The position numbers and the translations under genes are program-made. This document shows, piece by piece, positions 10,514 through 21,605 of a DNA stretch of 64,000 bases (within the stretch, counting starts at the first letter, position 1; each line of letters starts with the position of its first letter). Source of the DNA: a bacterium (GTDB lineage Bacteria > Zhuqueibacterota > Zhuqueibacteria > Residuimicrobiales > Krinioviventaceae); NCBI GenBank assembly GCA_963674595.2, contig CAXXFV010000016.1, positions 416,001 through 480,000 of the forward strand. The letters are read 5' to 3'. The notes under the pieces are model-generated. The model did not search any database. It was not told where the DNA came from and saw only the letters and a program-made list of their open reading frames with translations.

Positions 10514-11010
10514 GCTCTAATCTACCACATATAATTATAGACGGATATAATTTCATTTTGAGAATGTACAGAATCAATTGGGAAAATGAATCCGCCCTGT
10601 GGCATGCAAGAGAAGATTTAATACGAAAATCAATTGCTTTTCGCGGCAATAAAAGAATAAAGATAACCATTGTATTCGACGGACAGGATATAAAGCAAAT
10701 TGGTAAAATTGCCCGTCCATCCGGCATCAGTGTTGTTTTTTCCCAAGCTCCCCAAAAAGCTGATCCGTTAATTTTGAATATGATAAAATCGGCAAAACAA
10801 TCCAGAAACATTACCCTGGTTACTTCGGACAAAGTTTTACAGCGGGACGCCCGTTTTTACGGGTGCCATGTCTGGAGCGTGAACCAACTGAATCTAAAGT
10901 TTTCACATTTTCAGGAAACGGATGAATTACAGCAAAAATACAATTCATCCATGAGCCAACAAGAACTTGAAGAGTGGCTGCGTATATTTGGAAAAGAGCC
11001 GGATGAATAA
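10510..11010 (+). CDS. YacP/Rae1-like NYN-domain ribonuclease
   Basis: IIIDGYN, IVFDG, ADxxI and VTSD acidic NYN motifs. Confidence 0.8.
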   Translation: MSSNLPHIIIDGYNFILRMYRINWENESALWHAREDLIRKSIAFRGNKRIKITIVFDGQDIKQIGKIARPSGISVVFSQAPQKADPLILNMIKSAKQSRNITLVTSDKVLQRDARFYGCHVWSVNQLNLKFSHFQETDELQQKYNSSMSQQELEEWLRIFGKEPDE

Positions 11011-12361
11011 AAGTGATTCAAAAATAGTTACATTCCGTTCTTCAGGCATGTTCCGGCAAAAAAAAATTTATGTAATGACCGTTCTGGTTGTTACTTTTTT
11101 GGTTTTATTTTTGATAAACGCAGGAAGTTACTTTTTTATCCGGCAAATCGACAAACACCTGGAATCTTCTCTGGATGCCCGCCTGGTGACGGTGGCCAAT
11201 TTTGCGGCAGATCAATTACACTATGATATTCATGATATATTTAATGTAACGGATCATGCCGACATTCAGGCTTTTTTGAATTATTTAAAAACAAATTATG
11301 ATTTGGAATCTGCCTATATAATCGATTCAACCCGATATGTTTTAATAGATTCGGATTTTAATTATGATTTTTCTTCAAATCGTAATTATTTGGCAAGAGA
11401 TAGTCTGGCTATTCAATCCGCTTTAAACGGGATGACCACAACGTCCCAATTATATTCTATCGCAGACCAAAAGTTTAAAAATGTATATACACCTCTTATT
11501 GATGCGCAGGGCAATATAATTATACTTGTTCTGGAAGCCGGCGTTGATTATTTTAATATTATTCAGTTTTTTCAAAGGGGTTTATATATTGGTTCTGTAA
11601 TCAGCCTTGCACTTTTTGTATTTTTAACAATTTTTTTATCTCTGGCCACGCGGGTGTTTTTGCATACCGAAGCTCGATTGATTCAGGCCCGGCGTTTAGC
11701 GGCTTTGGGACAGATGGCGGCGACTGTTGCTCATGAAATTCGAAATCCTTTGGGAATTATAAAAAGTACTTCGGACGTGTTGCGGGAAAAATATGACAAA
11801 TCCGGAACAAAAGATGAATTGTTTGGATTTATTGACGATGAAATAAATCGGCTCAATCGTTTGGTGTGTGATTTTTTATCTTTTTCCCGGGAACCGGTGT
11901 TGAATCTTGCCCAATATAATCTTTGTCAGCTTGTCAGGAATGTTATTAATTCTGTTAATTTGTCCCATGAAGAAAATGTGAATTTGAGTTTGGATTGTGA
12001 AAAAGAGGATATTGGCGCATTTTGCGACGCAGATGCTGTTGAACAGGTTTTACTAAATTTGACTTATAATGCCGTTCATGCCGTAAAAGACATAAAGGGC
12101 CGGGTTCATATTTATATTCAAAGAATTAAAATAAAGGGCAAACCTTTTGCACAGGTACGTATATCTGATAACGGGCCTGGTTTAAAAGATGGTGCTGCCA
12201 AAATTTTCGAGCCTTTTTACACAACAAAAACAACAGGCTCAGGTTTGGGACTGGCAGTTTGCCGTTCAATTATCGAAAAACATAACGGAACAATCAGTGC
12301 TGAAAACGATCCGCAAGGCGGTGCTGTTTTTACATTTTCAATTCCGCAGGATGAAAGATAA
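11003..12361 (+). CDS. Membrane sensor histidine kinase
   Basis: Two TM segments; AHEIRNPL H-box; N-box (NLTYNA), DNGPG, FEPFYTTK, GSGLGL. Confidence 0.92.
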   Translation: MNKSDSKIVTFRSSGMFRQKKIYVMTVLVVTFLVLFLINAGSYFFIRQIDKHLESSLDARLVTVANFAADQLHYDIHDIFNVTDHADIQAFLNYLKTNYDLESAYIIDSTRYVLIDSDFNYDFSSNRNYLARDSLAIQSALNGMTTTSQLYSIADQKFKNVYTPLIDAQGNIIILVLEAGVDYFNIIQFFQRGLYIGSVISLALFVFLTIFLSLATRVFLHTEARLIQARRLAALGQMAATVAHEIRNPLGIIKSTSDVLREKYDKSGTKDELFGFIDDEINRLNRLVCDFLSFSREPVLNLAQYNLCQLVRNVINSVNLSHEENVNLSLDCEKEDIGAFCDADAVEQVLLNLTYNAVHAVKDIKGRVHIYIQRIKIKGKPFAQVRISDNGPGLKDGAAKIFEPFYTTKTTGSGLGLAVCRSIIEKHNGTISAENDPQGGAVFTFSIPQDER

Positions 12362-12363
12362 AT

Positions 12364-13721
12364 ATGGAAAAAGCAAAATTACTAATTGTTGATGATGAAC
12401 GTCGAATGTGTATTGTTTTAAAAACAGCATTCGAAAATTCAAATTACCTGGTAACAACAGCCAATAGCGGTGAATCGGCACTGGCTGCCATGTCTGTTGA
12501 AACCTTTGACGTTATTATTTCCGACGTTAAAATGCCCGGTATAAACGGTTTGGAACTGCTGCAAAAGACAATGGAAAAGTGTCCGGAAACCCGGGTATTG
12601 CTTATGACGGCTTATGCTGATACCCAAACAGCGGTCGATGCGATGAAAAACGGAGCCTATGATTATATAATCAAACCTTTTAATATTGATGAACTACGTC
12701 ATAAAGTAGCCAATATTTTGGAAAATCGCTCCTTACGCAAAGAAAATCAGGAGCTTAAACAAAAATTAAAAAATCAGTTTTCTGTCGGACAACTTGTTGG
12801 TAAAAGTAAAGCCATGCGTCATGTTTACCAGTTGGTTGATAAAGTGGCACAAACCGATGCTTCCGTTATTATAAGAGGAGAAAGCGGAACAGGAAAGGAA
12901 CTGATTGCCCAGGCCATTCATGAAATGAGCCCCCGCAAGGACGAACCTTTTCTTCCGGTAAATTGCAGTGCCTTGCCGGAAAATTTACTTGAAAGTGAAT
13001 TATTTGGATATGAAAAAGGCGCATTTACCGGAGCAGATAAATTAAAACCCGGACTTTTTGAAGCCGCCGGGGGTGGCACGATTTTTCTGGATGAAATCGG
13101 TGAAATATCATTGTCAACTCAGGTCAAATTGCTGCGGGTACTGCAGTCCAAAGAGGTTGTGCATCTGGGCGGTTCACAAACCCTTCCGGTCCATGCGCGG
13201 ATGATTGCCGCCACAAACCGTAATTGGAAGAGGCTGTTAAAGACGGTTCCTTTCGTGAGGATTTTTATTATCGTATTAATGTTTTTCCTGTATTTTTACC
13301 GGCCTTGCGGGACAAAAAACAGGACATTCCGGACCTGGTTGCTCATTTTTTGGTGTTGCAGGGGAAAAACGCAAACCACATTGATCCAAAGGCGATGGAC
13401 CTTTTGATTCAATACCATTGGCCCGGAAATGTTCGGGAATTGGAAAATATCATCCAACGTTCCTTGATTATGGCGGGCGATCAACAAATAACAGTTTCTG
13501 ATTTACCCCCATATTTACGAGGTGAATCAGAAGCACCGCTGAAAAATAATATACAGGATGAAGAGTTGACCCTCGACGAAATGGAATGGCGAATGATCCA
13601 GCGCGCCCTGACGAAAACTAAAGGTAACAAATCCAAAGCCGCTGAATTGTTGGGTATTACAAGACGCCAGCTCTATTCAAAAACAGAACGGTTGATGAAA
13701 TTGTTTTCGGTTTCCCGTTAA
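12364..13721 (+). CDS. Sigma54-dependent (NtrC-family) response regulator; frameshift near 13224
   Basis: Receiver domain, GESGTGKE, GAFTGA, ATNRN in ORF 12364-13407; continuation FREDFYYRINV, WPGNVREL and Fis HTH in ORF 13224-13721. Confidence 0.9.
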
Positions 13722-16002
13722 AATTCAGCGCTGATTCCGACTGATGGTAATATGCCGATACTGTTCCTGTCTTCAATTTCTCCTGTATATGCATTATAGG
13801 AAGGAACATTAACAGCTTTTCTGTTATAGACATTCTGAATATCGATATAGGTGATCAGAGTTGTTTTAGTTAAAAACCAGCGTTTGTCTATCCGGATATC
13901 CAAAAAGTGGTTGTCTTTAATTCGGGCCGTATTATAGTTTTTCGGGGTTTTGCTGATATCCGCATTAAAGGGCGTATAGGGTCTGCCGGTTGCATATCGA
14001 AAACGTGCCGAGACCTCCCATTTCGGGTTTATCACATACCCGCCGCCGATATTAAAAATCCATCTCTGATCAAAATTAGATGGTCTTTCAATACCATCCA
14101 GCGATTTAAATTTTGTCTGACTAAAGTTGATGCTCCAGGTCCCGTACACCGGCGAGTCTGAAAATTTTTTTTGACCAAAAAATTCAATGCCCTGGGAAAA
14201 GCCTGTGCCGACAGGGGAGAGGGGATCGATACCAAATGATACAAATCCCTCTTCGCTGCCGCCGAATCCGGCTCCTGTATTTGCCATCACCAAATAGGGC
14301 CGTGTAAGGCTTGCCGGATAATCAATATATTTTTTGTGATACATTTCAATATTTACCTGCATGTCTTCGGTGACCAAATGTGAAATGCCAAAAATATATT
14401 GGTTTGCTGCAATAAATTTTAGTTGCTGATTTATTTCATCAGCCGCCACCCAAATATAGGAGGGGGATTGATAAAAGCGTCCAATAGCTGTCTTTATGGA
14501 TGTTAATTCTGACAATTTGTAAGACATGGAAAACCGCGCGGCTGTTACCCCAATTTTTCTGGATCATGTTAAAATAATCGGACCGTACGCCCAGGTTTAA
14601 AGTCAGTCGGGCAATGTCTTGCGATACCTGCGCCCAAAAGGCTGCTTTTTTGGCTGATTTTTCATATTGTCTGTTAATACTTGTTGTATACCCGTAATAA
14701 TCTGTAAAATCAGGTAAAAAAAAGTCGGTCGTAAAACGGACCCTTTGTCCCTGCATACCGAAATTAAATTCTGTGCTGTTTGTTGGGAAATAATTAAAAT
14801 TAAAAATGGCGGAATTTTCTCTCTCAAGAGAATTATTTTTCAAGATGTACTGTTGTGTTGTGTCCTTTTGGAAATATTTAAAATCGACCTGGTTTTGTGA
14901 TAATGTTAATGTATAAAATCCACGTGGCAAAATATGTTTCCATGTGGAACCGAAAATATATTGATTTTGTTTGCTGCCCATTATTTGCGAATTTGTAACA
15001 AGATTTTCCCGTGTGTCATTAAAAAATTTTGTATTATCCAGTGCGGCTATGCCAAGTATGCTGATTTCATTGTTCTTGTCGATTTTATAATTTACCTTGC
15101 TCAAAAAATCCCAATATTCCGGGACAAACCCAAAACCGGACGCTTTGAAGATAAAATCGAGATAACTGCGTCGTGCTGAAAACAAAAATGATCCGTTTTT
15201 ATTGATTGGTCCTTCCAAATCGAAACCGAATTGTGAAGCTGAAATTGTAGCCTTTCCACCGATTTTATCAGTCCTTCCTTTATCCAGGTCTATTTTTAAA
15301 ACGGATGAAATTTTATCCCCATAATTAACCCCAAAACCTCCACTGGAAAAGGTTGTGGATTTCACGAAATCAAGATTGATAAAGCTTATGGGGCCTCCGC
15401 TTGAACCCTGCGTGCCGAAATGATTGATATTGGGAACAGGGATTCCGTCAACAATAAACAGGTTCTCTGACGGTGCCACCGCCGCGAACGATCAGATCAT
15501 TTCTGCCTCCCTGTACCTGCGCAACACCGGGTAAGATGGATATCGCCCGGACAACATCTTCCAGTCCTCCGGGTAGACGTCGAATCTCTTCATTGAATTG
15601 CCCCAAGGTACTGGTGATTTTGTTAGAGTAGTTTGTAAAATACTGAGGCTTAACCGTCAGCGCATCAAATTCGATAACAGTGTCATCAAGCAAAAAATCA
15701 ATGACAACCGGTTTTGCCGGATTAATAACAATATCCGTGACAGTTTCCGGTTTATAGCCGATAACAGTGGCGGTGATGCTGTAGGTACCAACAGGAACAT
15801 TTTTAATAACAAAATTTCCTTCGGAACCTGCTGCTGCTCCGTAGGTGGTTCCATTAACAATAATATTGGCGCCCGCAAGCGCTTCATTAGTGGTTTGGTC
15901 TTTTACTGTTCCTGTAATATTGCCTGTTTGCGAGTAAAGATTATATATTGGTATAAATAACGTTAATAAAATGAGTATTTGTATTGTATTTTTACTGTTC
16001 AT
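13718..16002 (-). CDS. TonB-dependent receptor with N-terminal carboxypeptidase-regulatory-like domain; two frameshifts (~15476, ~14550)
   Basis: Three consecutive ORFs join into signal-CarboxypepD-plug (LPGV...IVRGG-APSEN...NINHF)-barrel ending GISAEF. Confidence 0.85.
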
Positions 16003-16204
16003 ATTTTCCTTTTAAAGTTTTTTGAAAATACAAACAGCAGATGTTTTTTTATTATTCCCTTATAATACCCGAAATTATGTATGAATATGTCAATGAGGCA
16101 TTTTGTATGTTAAGAGAATTTTGATGTTTTATAGAGATTGATTAAAGAAAACGATTCGAAAACATGGTATATTTTAAGAGGATTGAAAATGTTGTGACGC
16201 CTTT

Positions 16205-16244
16205 AAAAAGCCAGAGCAGGATTTTTACCTGCTCTGGCTTTTTT
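16205..16244 (-). terminator. Intrinsic terminator (bidirectional-type)
   Basis: AAAAAGCCAGAGCAGG...CCTGCTCTGGCTTTTT hairpin downstream of stop 16283. Confidence 0.85.
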
Positions 16245-16282
16245 GTCAGTTGTGAGTTCATTGAGGAAAGAACCATGAAAAA

Positions 16283-18706
16283 TTATTTTATATCAAATGA
16301 AATTCCACCATATACCATTGTTCCGTATAACGGTGCATAAATAAATGCTGCGTCATCCAGGTGTTTTTCATCCTGCACATAGTTAAAAATATTATCAACA
16401 CCGATATATAATTTGTATTGACTGATTTGTTTTGATGCTCGGGCATTAAAAAGCATAAAGGGGTCGGTTTTTTTAATTTTTGACATATCACCAACTTCCG
16501 GGTCAATCTCTTCATTGTAATAGTCAATGTACATTTTACCCTGATAATTACCGGATACTACAAAACTCCAGCTTTTTGGATTGTATTCACATTTAATATT
16601 TCCGGTGGTTTGGGGAAATCTTGATATATATTTGCTGTCATCTTCATATTGGGTCCCTTGCCAGTCTGCACGGGTATTATTATATTCACCCTGATTATAG
16701 GTGAAATCAACTCCCATATCCAGGTTTTGAGCCAGGTTTGTCATCACTGAAAGCTCAATACCCTGAACAAATGCATCATCTATATTTTCCCATTGATAAT
16801 CATAACCAAATGCGGCAACAGATGCATCTGCATCAGAAAAGGCTATTTTGTCTTTCAAATCAGTCCGAAATATATTGGTGCTGAGTCGAATTTTGTTTCC
16901 ATAATAATCGGCTGACAGATTATAGCTCATAGATGTTTCCGGTTCCAGGTCTGATGATTTCCATACACGTGGAGAACCACTGCATAAATGTAAATCCTCT
17001 GAAAAGCCATAAGGTGCCCGGAAGCCTGTGCCGGTATTGGCGCGCAGAGTTAATTTTTCTGAAAGGGCATATTTAACGGCAATTCGTGGATTAATACTGG
17101 TTTCATTATAATCTGTTTCAGGAAAAGTAGCGCTGTCAAAAACCTTTCTGTCTGATTTATAGGACTCGCTGGAGTGATGATGGTCAAATCGTACACCCGG
17201 CACAAATGTCAGGACCGGTGTGGCGTTCCATTCATCCTGGATAAATGCACCGATTTCCCGTGCTGATTTATCACTGGTAGACCGATAAGAATCGCCAAGG
17301 TATTGGCTTTCCGGATTTACGACAACATACATTCCGGATTCTTCCAGTTCATCAAAATAGGATTGTACTCCAAAAAGTAAATTATGTTGTTTCGCTGTTG
17401 TACCAAGGGTCAATGTTGCCGCATAGGAATTTTCTTTAGCTAAATAAGGGCGCATGTCCCTTAAATCCGGAACATTCCCATCATGTGTATCCATATAATC
17501 ACCCAGATACGAGTCATTTGTGGCGTCTCTGTTATGGTTGACGTAAGATAAGTTAAAATTTAACTCGGAATTTTTTTGCACCGGCTTGCTGTAGCTCATT
17601 TCGCCTCTGTAGCGTTCCGTAGTTATGTTCTCTGTGCCGTCTGTCAGGGGATTTTTATAATAATCATCGTCCATTGTTCCGCCCTGACGTTTTTCAAAAA
17701 CAGATTTACCGCGAATAATTAGTTTGTCGTTTTTTGCAAAAGCATTGTTTATATACAAACCGAAACCCGCATTGGTTAAATTGCTGGCCACACGGTCGGA
17801 AATTCCATCTTTGTTTTTCACCATATCCTGTGATGTTCCGGGACCGGTTTCATCAATGGCATCACCGCTGACGCGTTGTGCAAAAATATTTATACCAATA
17901 TTACCTTTTTCGTTTCTCAAAGACGATGAAATGCTGTAATTTTTCGAGTTATATCGACCTGCCTGTAGATCAACTTTAATAGAAGGTTCAAATGACGGTT
18001 CTTTAGTAATTATGTTAATGGCCCCGGCCACAGCGCTGCTTCCGTATAACGCAGAACCTGCTCCTTTGACGACCTCTATCTGTCCGACGTCAACTGTACT
18101 TAGTTGTTCCAAACCATATACACTGGCCAAACCGGAATAAAGAGGTTGTCCGTTGATAAGGACCTGTGTATGTTCCGCACCAAGACCCTGCATACGAACC
18201 ATAGTGAAAGAACAATACTGGCACTGGCTTTCTACCCGAATACCCGGCATGCCTTCCAGGGCTTGAAAGATATTTTCGGCATTTTTGTTTTCAATTTCCC
18301 GCATGGTAATAACGTCTGTCCGCACAGGAACATCTTTGACATAGTGTTTTGTACGGGTTCCTGTCACCACTATTGCCTCCTGCTCCAACACATCTTCTTC
18401 CAGAATAAAGAAAAGATCAACAGCTTTTCCTTTTTCCATAAAAACTATTTTTTCCTGTGATTTATAACCGATGGCTTGTGCTGCAATTGTAACCTCACCC
18501 AACGGCAAATTGGCCAGCTTGTAATGTCCGGTTCCATCTGTTGCCGTTCCCATGGTTGTCCCTTTGACAATGATATTTACATAAGGCAAGTGCTCCCCTG
18601 TTATTTTTGATTTTACATCACCGAACAGCATGGCATCTGTTTTTTCTTGTGCAAAAACACCCGGGCTGCTTACTAAAACGCATAGTAAAAGTAACAATTT
18701 TTTCAT
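16283..18706 (-). CDS. TonB-dependent receptor with CxxC-containing plug
   Basis: Signal peptide, CarboxypepD domain, VVTGTRT TonB box, ESQCQYC, IEVVKGAGSALYGSSAVAGAINIITK. Confidence 0.92.
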   Translation of the reverse strand: MKKLLLLLCVLVSSPGVFAQEKTDAMLFGDVKSKITGEHLPYVNIIVKGTTMGTATDGTGHYKLANLPLGEVTIAAQAIGYKSQEKIVFMEKGKAVDLFFILEEDVLEQEAIVVTGTRTKHYVKDVPVRTDVITMREIENKNAENIFQALEGMPGIRVESQCQYCSFTMVRMQGLGAEHTQVLINGQPLYSGLASVYGLEQLSTVDVGQIEVVKGAGSALYGSSAVAGAINIITKEPSFEPSIKVDLQAGRYNSKNYSISSSLRNEKGNIGINIFAQRVSGDAIDETGPGTSQDMVKNKDGISDRVASNLTNAGFGLYINNAFAKNDKLIIRGKSVFEKRQGGTMDDDYYKNPLTDGTENITTERYRGEMSYSKPVQKNSELNFNLSYVNHNRDATNDSYLGDYMDTHDGNVPDLRDMRPYLAKENSYAATLTLGTTAKQHNLLFGVQSYFDELEESGMYVVVNPESQYLGDSYRSTSDKSAREIGAFIQDEWNATPVLTFVPGVRFDHHHSSESYKSDRKVFDSATFPETDYNETSINPRIAVKYALSEKLTLRANTGTGFRAPYGFSEDLHLCSGSPRVWKSSDLEPETSMSYNLSADYYGNKIRLSTNIFRTDLKDKIAFSDADASVAAFGYDYQWENIDDAFVQGIELSVMTNLAQNLDMGVDFTYNQGEYNNTRADWQGTQYEDDSKYISRFPQTTGNIKCEYNPKSWSFVVSGNYQGKMYIDYYNEEIDPEVGDMSKIKKTDPFMLFNARASKQISQYKLYIGVDNIFNYVQDEKHLDDAAFIYAPLYGTMVYGGISFDIK

Positions 18707-18773
18707 TAATCATTCTCCTGTTATTTTGATGGTTTAAAAATTAAAATATAGAATAATCAGGAGATCAATTCAA

Positions 18774-18821
18774 TCGCGTGAAATAATGATTTTTTTAAAA
18801 ATTATAGCCTGAAATGGGGAT
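18774..18821. promoter_or_regulatory. Imperfect 17-bp direct repeat, candidate regulator binding site
   Basis: TCGCGTGAAATAATGAT (18774) and TAGCCTGAAATGGGGAT (18805), 12/17 identical, 31 bp apart, between LuxR gene and TonB receptor. Confidence 0.35.
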
Positions 18822-18875
18822 ATATAGGGAGGTTTTAAAAGCTGACAGATGTTTGGTAACAGTTAGTGAAAAAAA

Positions 18876-19475
18876 TTAACTCATATCCAGATAATCATCA
18901 ACATCGATAATATTATTAATAATACCATAAATTGCCAGGCCTGCTGTGGATTTTATGCCGAGTTTAGTGGAAATGTTTTTTCGGTGTGAAATAACGGTAT
19001 GGATACTGATAAACAATTCACCGGCAATTTGTTTGTTTGAAAGACCTCTAACAAGTAGTTTGAGTACGTCGTTTTCTCTGGTTGTTAGTTTATTCTTAAG
19101 TTTGTTTTTTGCAGGACCGGATAAATGGTTTTTAATCAGATTAATGATTGTTTCACGGTTATCTGAAATATAGATCAAATCTTCACACACGGTAGTGAGT
19201 TTTCTGTGATAGTGACTGGTTATAATTCCGAGGATTTTTGTGTTCCCAAGTTTTTCGTATATATCTTTAGGATCGGACAAATTATCGATGATTGAAGAAT
19301 TTATAATTGTCAGTCGTATTTCATTTTTTTCGCTAACGTCATCAACCTGGTCCAGCGTGGCATACTTGACAATATCAAAATTGCTGAAATTCTGTTCTAA
19401 AATCTGCGACAAGCCTTCCTGAATAATCTCTGAAGAATCTATAATAATGATTTTATTCCCGGTTTTAATCTTCAT
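18876..19475 (-). CDS. LuxR/NarL-family regulator with atypical receiver-like domain
   Basis: LTTRENDVLKLLVRGLSNKQIAGELFISIHTVISHRKNI LuxR HTH; start overlaps hemerythrin gene end. Confidence 0.88.
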   Translation of the reverse strand: MKIKTGNKIIIIDSSEIIQEGLSQILEQNFSNFDIVKYATLDQVDDVSEKNEIRLTIINSSIIDNLSDPKDIYEKLGNTKILGIITSHYHRKLTTVCEDLIYISDNRETIINLIKNHLSGPAKNKLKNKLTTRENDVLKLLVRGLSNKQIAGELFISIHTVISHRKNISTKLGIKSTAGLAIYGIINNIIDVDDYLDMS

Positions 19476-20163
19476 TAGATTCCATTTCCAGTCGTTCGAC
19501 AAAAGGGATTAATAAATTATTTTCAACAAAATCATGTATGCCTATATCATGTTCCAGATCATGTAATTCAAACAGCATCTGTCTTCTTACCACGGAATCA
19601 TAATCAGTGGGGATATGTTTGATTAACAGATTTTTTAAATCTGTTAACTTGTCTTCAATGTTTGAATGGTGCTTTTTAAATTTTTCAATATTATATTTTT
19701 GTAGTGTTTGGCTTTTAGGGTGTAAAAGTGATTCAACATAGGGGAAAACAATCGCGTCTTCATAATGCATGTGTTCATAAACTTCAGTCGCATAATCGTT
19801 AATAAATTTGTTTATGATCAGCGAATATTTGTCATTTTGGGATTTTTCTGTTTTTTCATCAATCAAGGCTTTTAACCTGGGGATTTTTTCATCGAGGAAA
19901 TAAGTATGTGAGTTTTTTAAAAATTGAAGCACCTGGTCTGCATTTATTTTTTCAATATCAGACGGAGAAATAGAAACGTCTTTTTTACAGCAATACAAAT
20001 TGGCAATTGTCAGAAACAAGTATTCATCAATGTTCTGTTCGCTACACATCTCTTTAAATGTTTTTTCCCCAAAACCCATGGGCACATCAAAACGTTCAAG
20101 TACCATTAAAATTTGTGGGTTTTTAAATACGGTATTAAATATTTTCATGTTTTCAGTTATCAT
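19465..20163 (-). CDS. Hemerythrin-like domain protein (ScdA/Ric-related)
   Basis: LERFDVPMGFGEKT N-terminal domain; NSH, HMHYED, HSNIE and HDFVENN di-iron ligand motifs. Confidence 0.8.
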   Translation of the reverse strand: MITENMKIFNTVFKNPQILMVLERFDVPMGFGEKTFKEMCSEQNIDEYLFLTIANLYCCKKDVSISPSDIEKINADQVLQFLKNSHTYFLDEKIPRLKALIDEKTEKSQNDKYSLIINKFINDYATEVYEHMHYEDAIVFPYVESLLHPKSQTLQKYNIEKFKKHHSNIEDKLTDLKNLLIKHIPTDYDSVVRRQMLFELHDLEHDIGIHDFVENNLLIPFVERLEMESNED

Positions 20164-20325
20164 GACTGGTACCTGTGTTATATCAGATCACTTGATAATA
20201 TTAATTATAATCCAACAAACCAATTCCTTTTTAGTAAATTAAATTCATTCTAGCGATACGATGTGTATTGACTGCTGGTTTTCGTATAATTGAATTACCT
20301 GGTAAACCTTTTTATGGTAATATGG

Positions 20326-20364
20326 TTTGTTCACCGCAGGAAAATATTGCCCACGGTGAACAAA
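20326..20364 (-). terminator. Probable terminator hairpin
   Basis: TTTGTTCACCG...CGGTGAACAAA inverted repeat 20 nt after stop 20384. Confidence 0.6.
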
Positions 20365-20383
20365 TTTAATAATAAAAATGAAA

Positions 20384-21496
20384 TTATTCAATTTTTATCA
20401 TTCTGACATTGTCAATCCAGACTTTGATCGGAGTCTTGGTATCATGGTTCCAAAATCCAATATATAATTGGTAACTTGAAATATTGGGATCCGTAGTCAA
20501 AGGGGTTGTAAATTCATAAGTATATTGTGTCCAATCCGTTGCAAATTGAGGACCGCTGATGGGTTCTGCTTCAAGTATTGTAATATCTGTATTTGTTGTA
20601 CTAAATGATGTCTTAATTTGATCCGTGGCACATAGAGAATCAATTTTAATATAATAGCTTAACTGATATTGGGAACCCGGATCAATCAGTGTTGTGGAAA
20701 TTTCCTGTCTTAAATAATTGTGTATGCCATTTATTTCAGCATATGCTGAATGTGTACCATTTTGTGCTATAAGGCTGTCTTTTTTAACCGGATCTGGTGA
20801 AGGATCGGTTTCCCAATGCCTTGCAAAATTAGTTGCAGGGTCAATTTTTTCAAAATCACCATTCCAGATAACCTGAAAGTTACTGGTTGTTACGGAAAGA
20901 ACATTACTGCCGCCCAGTCTGCCGAATTCATTCATCGCATAAACCCGGAAATGATAGGTCTGTAAGGGTTCTAATCCTGTAACTTCAAGCACCGTATCGG
21001 AAATAGCTGTGCAAACATCCACCAGTTCTCCTGTTGATTCATTCACATCAGCAGAATTATGACGATAGATTTTATATTCCCGAAAATCAGCCGCATCTGT
21101 GGACGACCATTTTAGTTCAATAGATTTATCAGTCACATTTTGTGGTTCATGTAATTGTATGGCTTTTGGCAGGTTCAATTTGTTAATTTTTACATCGTAA
21201 CTGACCTGGATGGATTTCGTTTGTTCAATAATATTTCCCTCTTCCAATGTGATGGAAGCAGATATAATTTGTTTACCTTCAGGCACATTGGTGATTATAA
21301 AATAACCCTCTTCATTGGTTTGTGTTGACAAATTTTGATTCTGATTGATGATGACCTGTGCCGCTGATACGGGTGAATTGTTGTGGTAAATATGGCCGCT
21401 GACCTGGAAACCGTTTTTAGACTCAACGCTGTTGTCCGAGCAGTTTGACAACATAAAAAGTGGAATGAAAAGCAGATAGTAAAAGAATTTTTTCAT
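20384..21496 (-). CDS. Lipoprotein with carboxypeptidase-regulatory-like, fibronectin type III and CBM4/9-like domains
   Basis: Lipobox-like LSNC; TNEEGYF; FN3 motif GLEPLQTYHFRVYAMN; NGDFE...WIDNVR. Confidence 0.7.
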   Translation of the reverse strand: MKKFFYYLLFIPLFMLSNCSDNSVESKNGFQVSGHIYHNNSPVSAAQVIINQNQNLSTQTNEEGYFIITNVPEGKQIISASITLEEGNIIEQTKSIQVSYDVKINKLNLPKAIQLHEPQNVTDKSIELKWSSTDAADFREYKIYRHNSADVNESTGELVDVCTAISDTVLEVTGLEPLQTYHFRVYAMNEFGRLGGSNVLSVTTSNFQVIWNGDFEKIDPATNFARHWETDPSPDPVKKDSLIAQNGTHSAYAEINGIHNYLRQEISTTLIDPGSQYQLSYYIKIDSLCATDQIKTSFSTTNTDITILEAEPISGPQFATDWTQYTYEFTTPLTTDPNISSYQLYIGFWNHDTKTPIKVWIDNVRMIKIE

Positions 21497-21605
21497 GACA
21501 AACCTCTCTTATTAAGTGAAAATTTGCCTTATTTGAGAAATCCAGGGGAGATGAGTGGCTTTGGATTTTATTGGATAAGGGCAGTTGTGCCCACCCCACA
21601 GAACA

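Noticed and set aside
13718-13721. Convergent genes sharing TTAA stop codons
   Set aside because: Common compact arrangement with no further signal
16054-16090. Possible third copy of the leader motif (TTCCC...ACCCGAAATT...ATGAA)
   Set aside because: Lacks the CTCGTGC block and the 24-nt spacing; could be chance in AT-rich DNA
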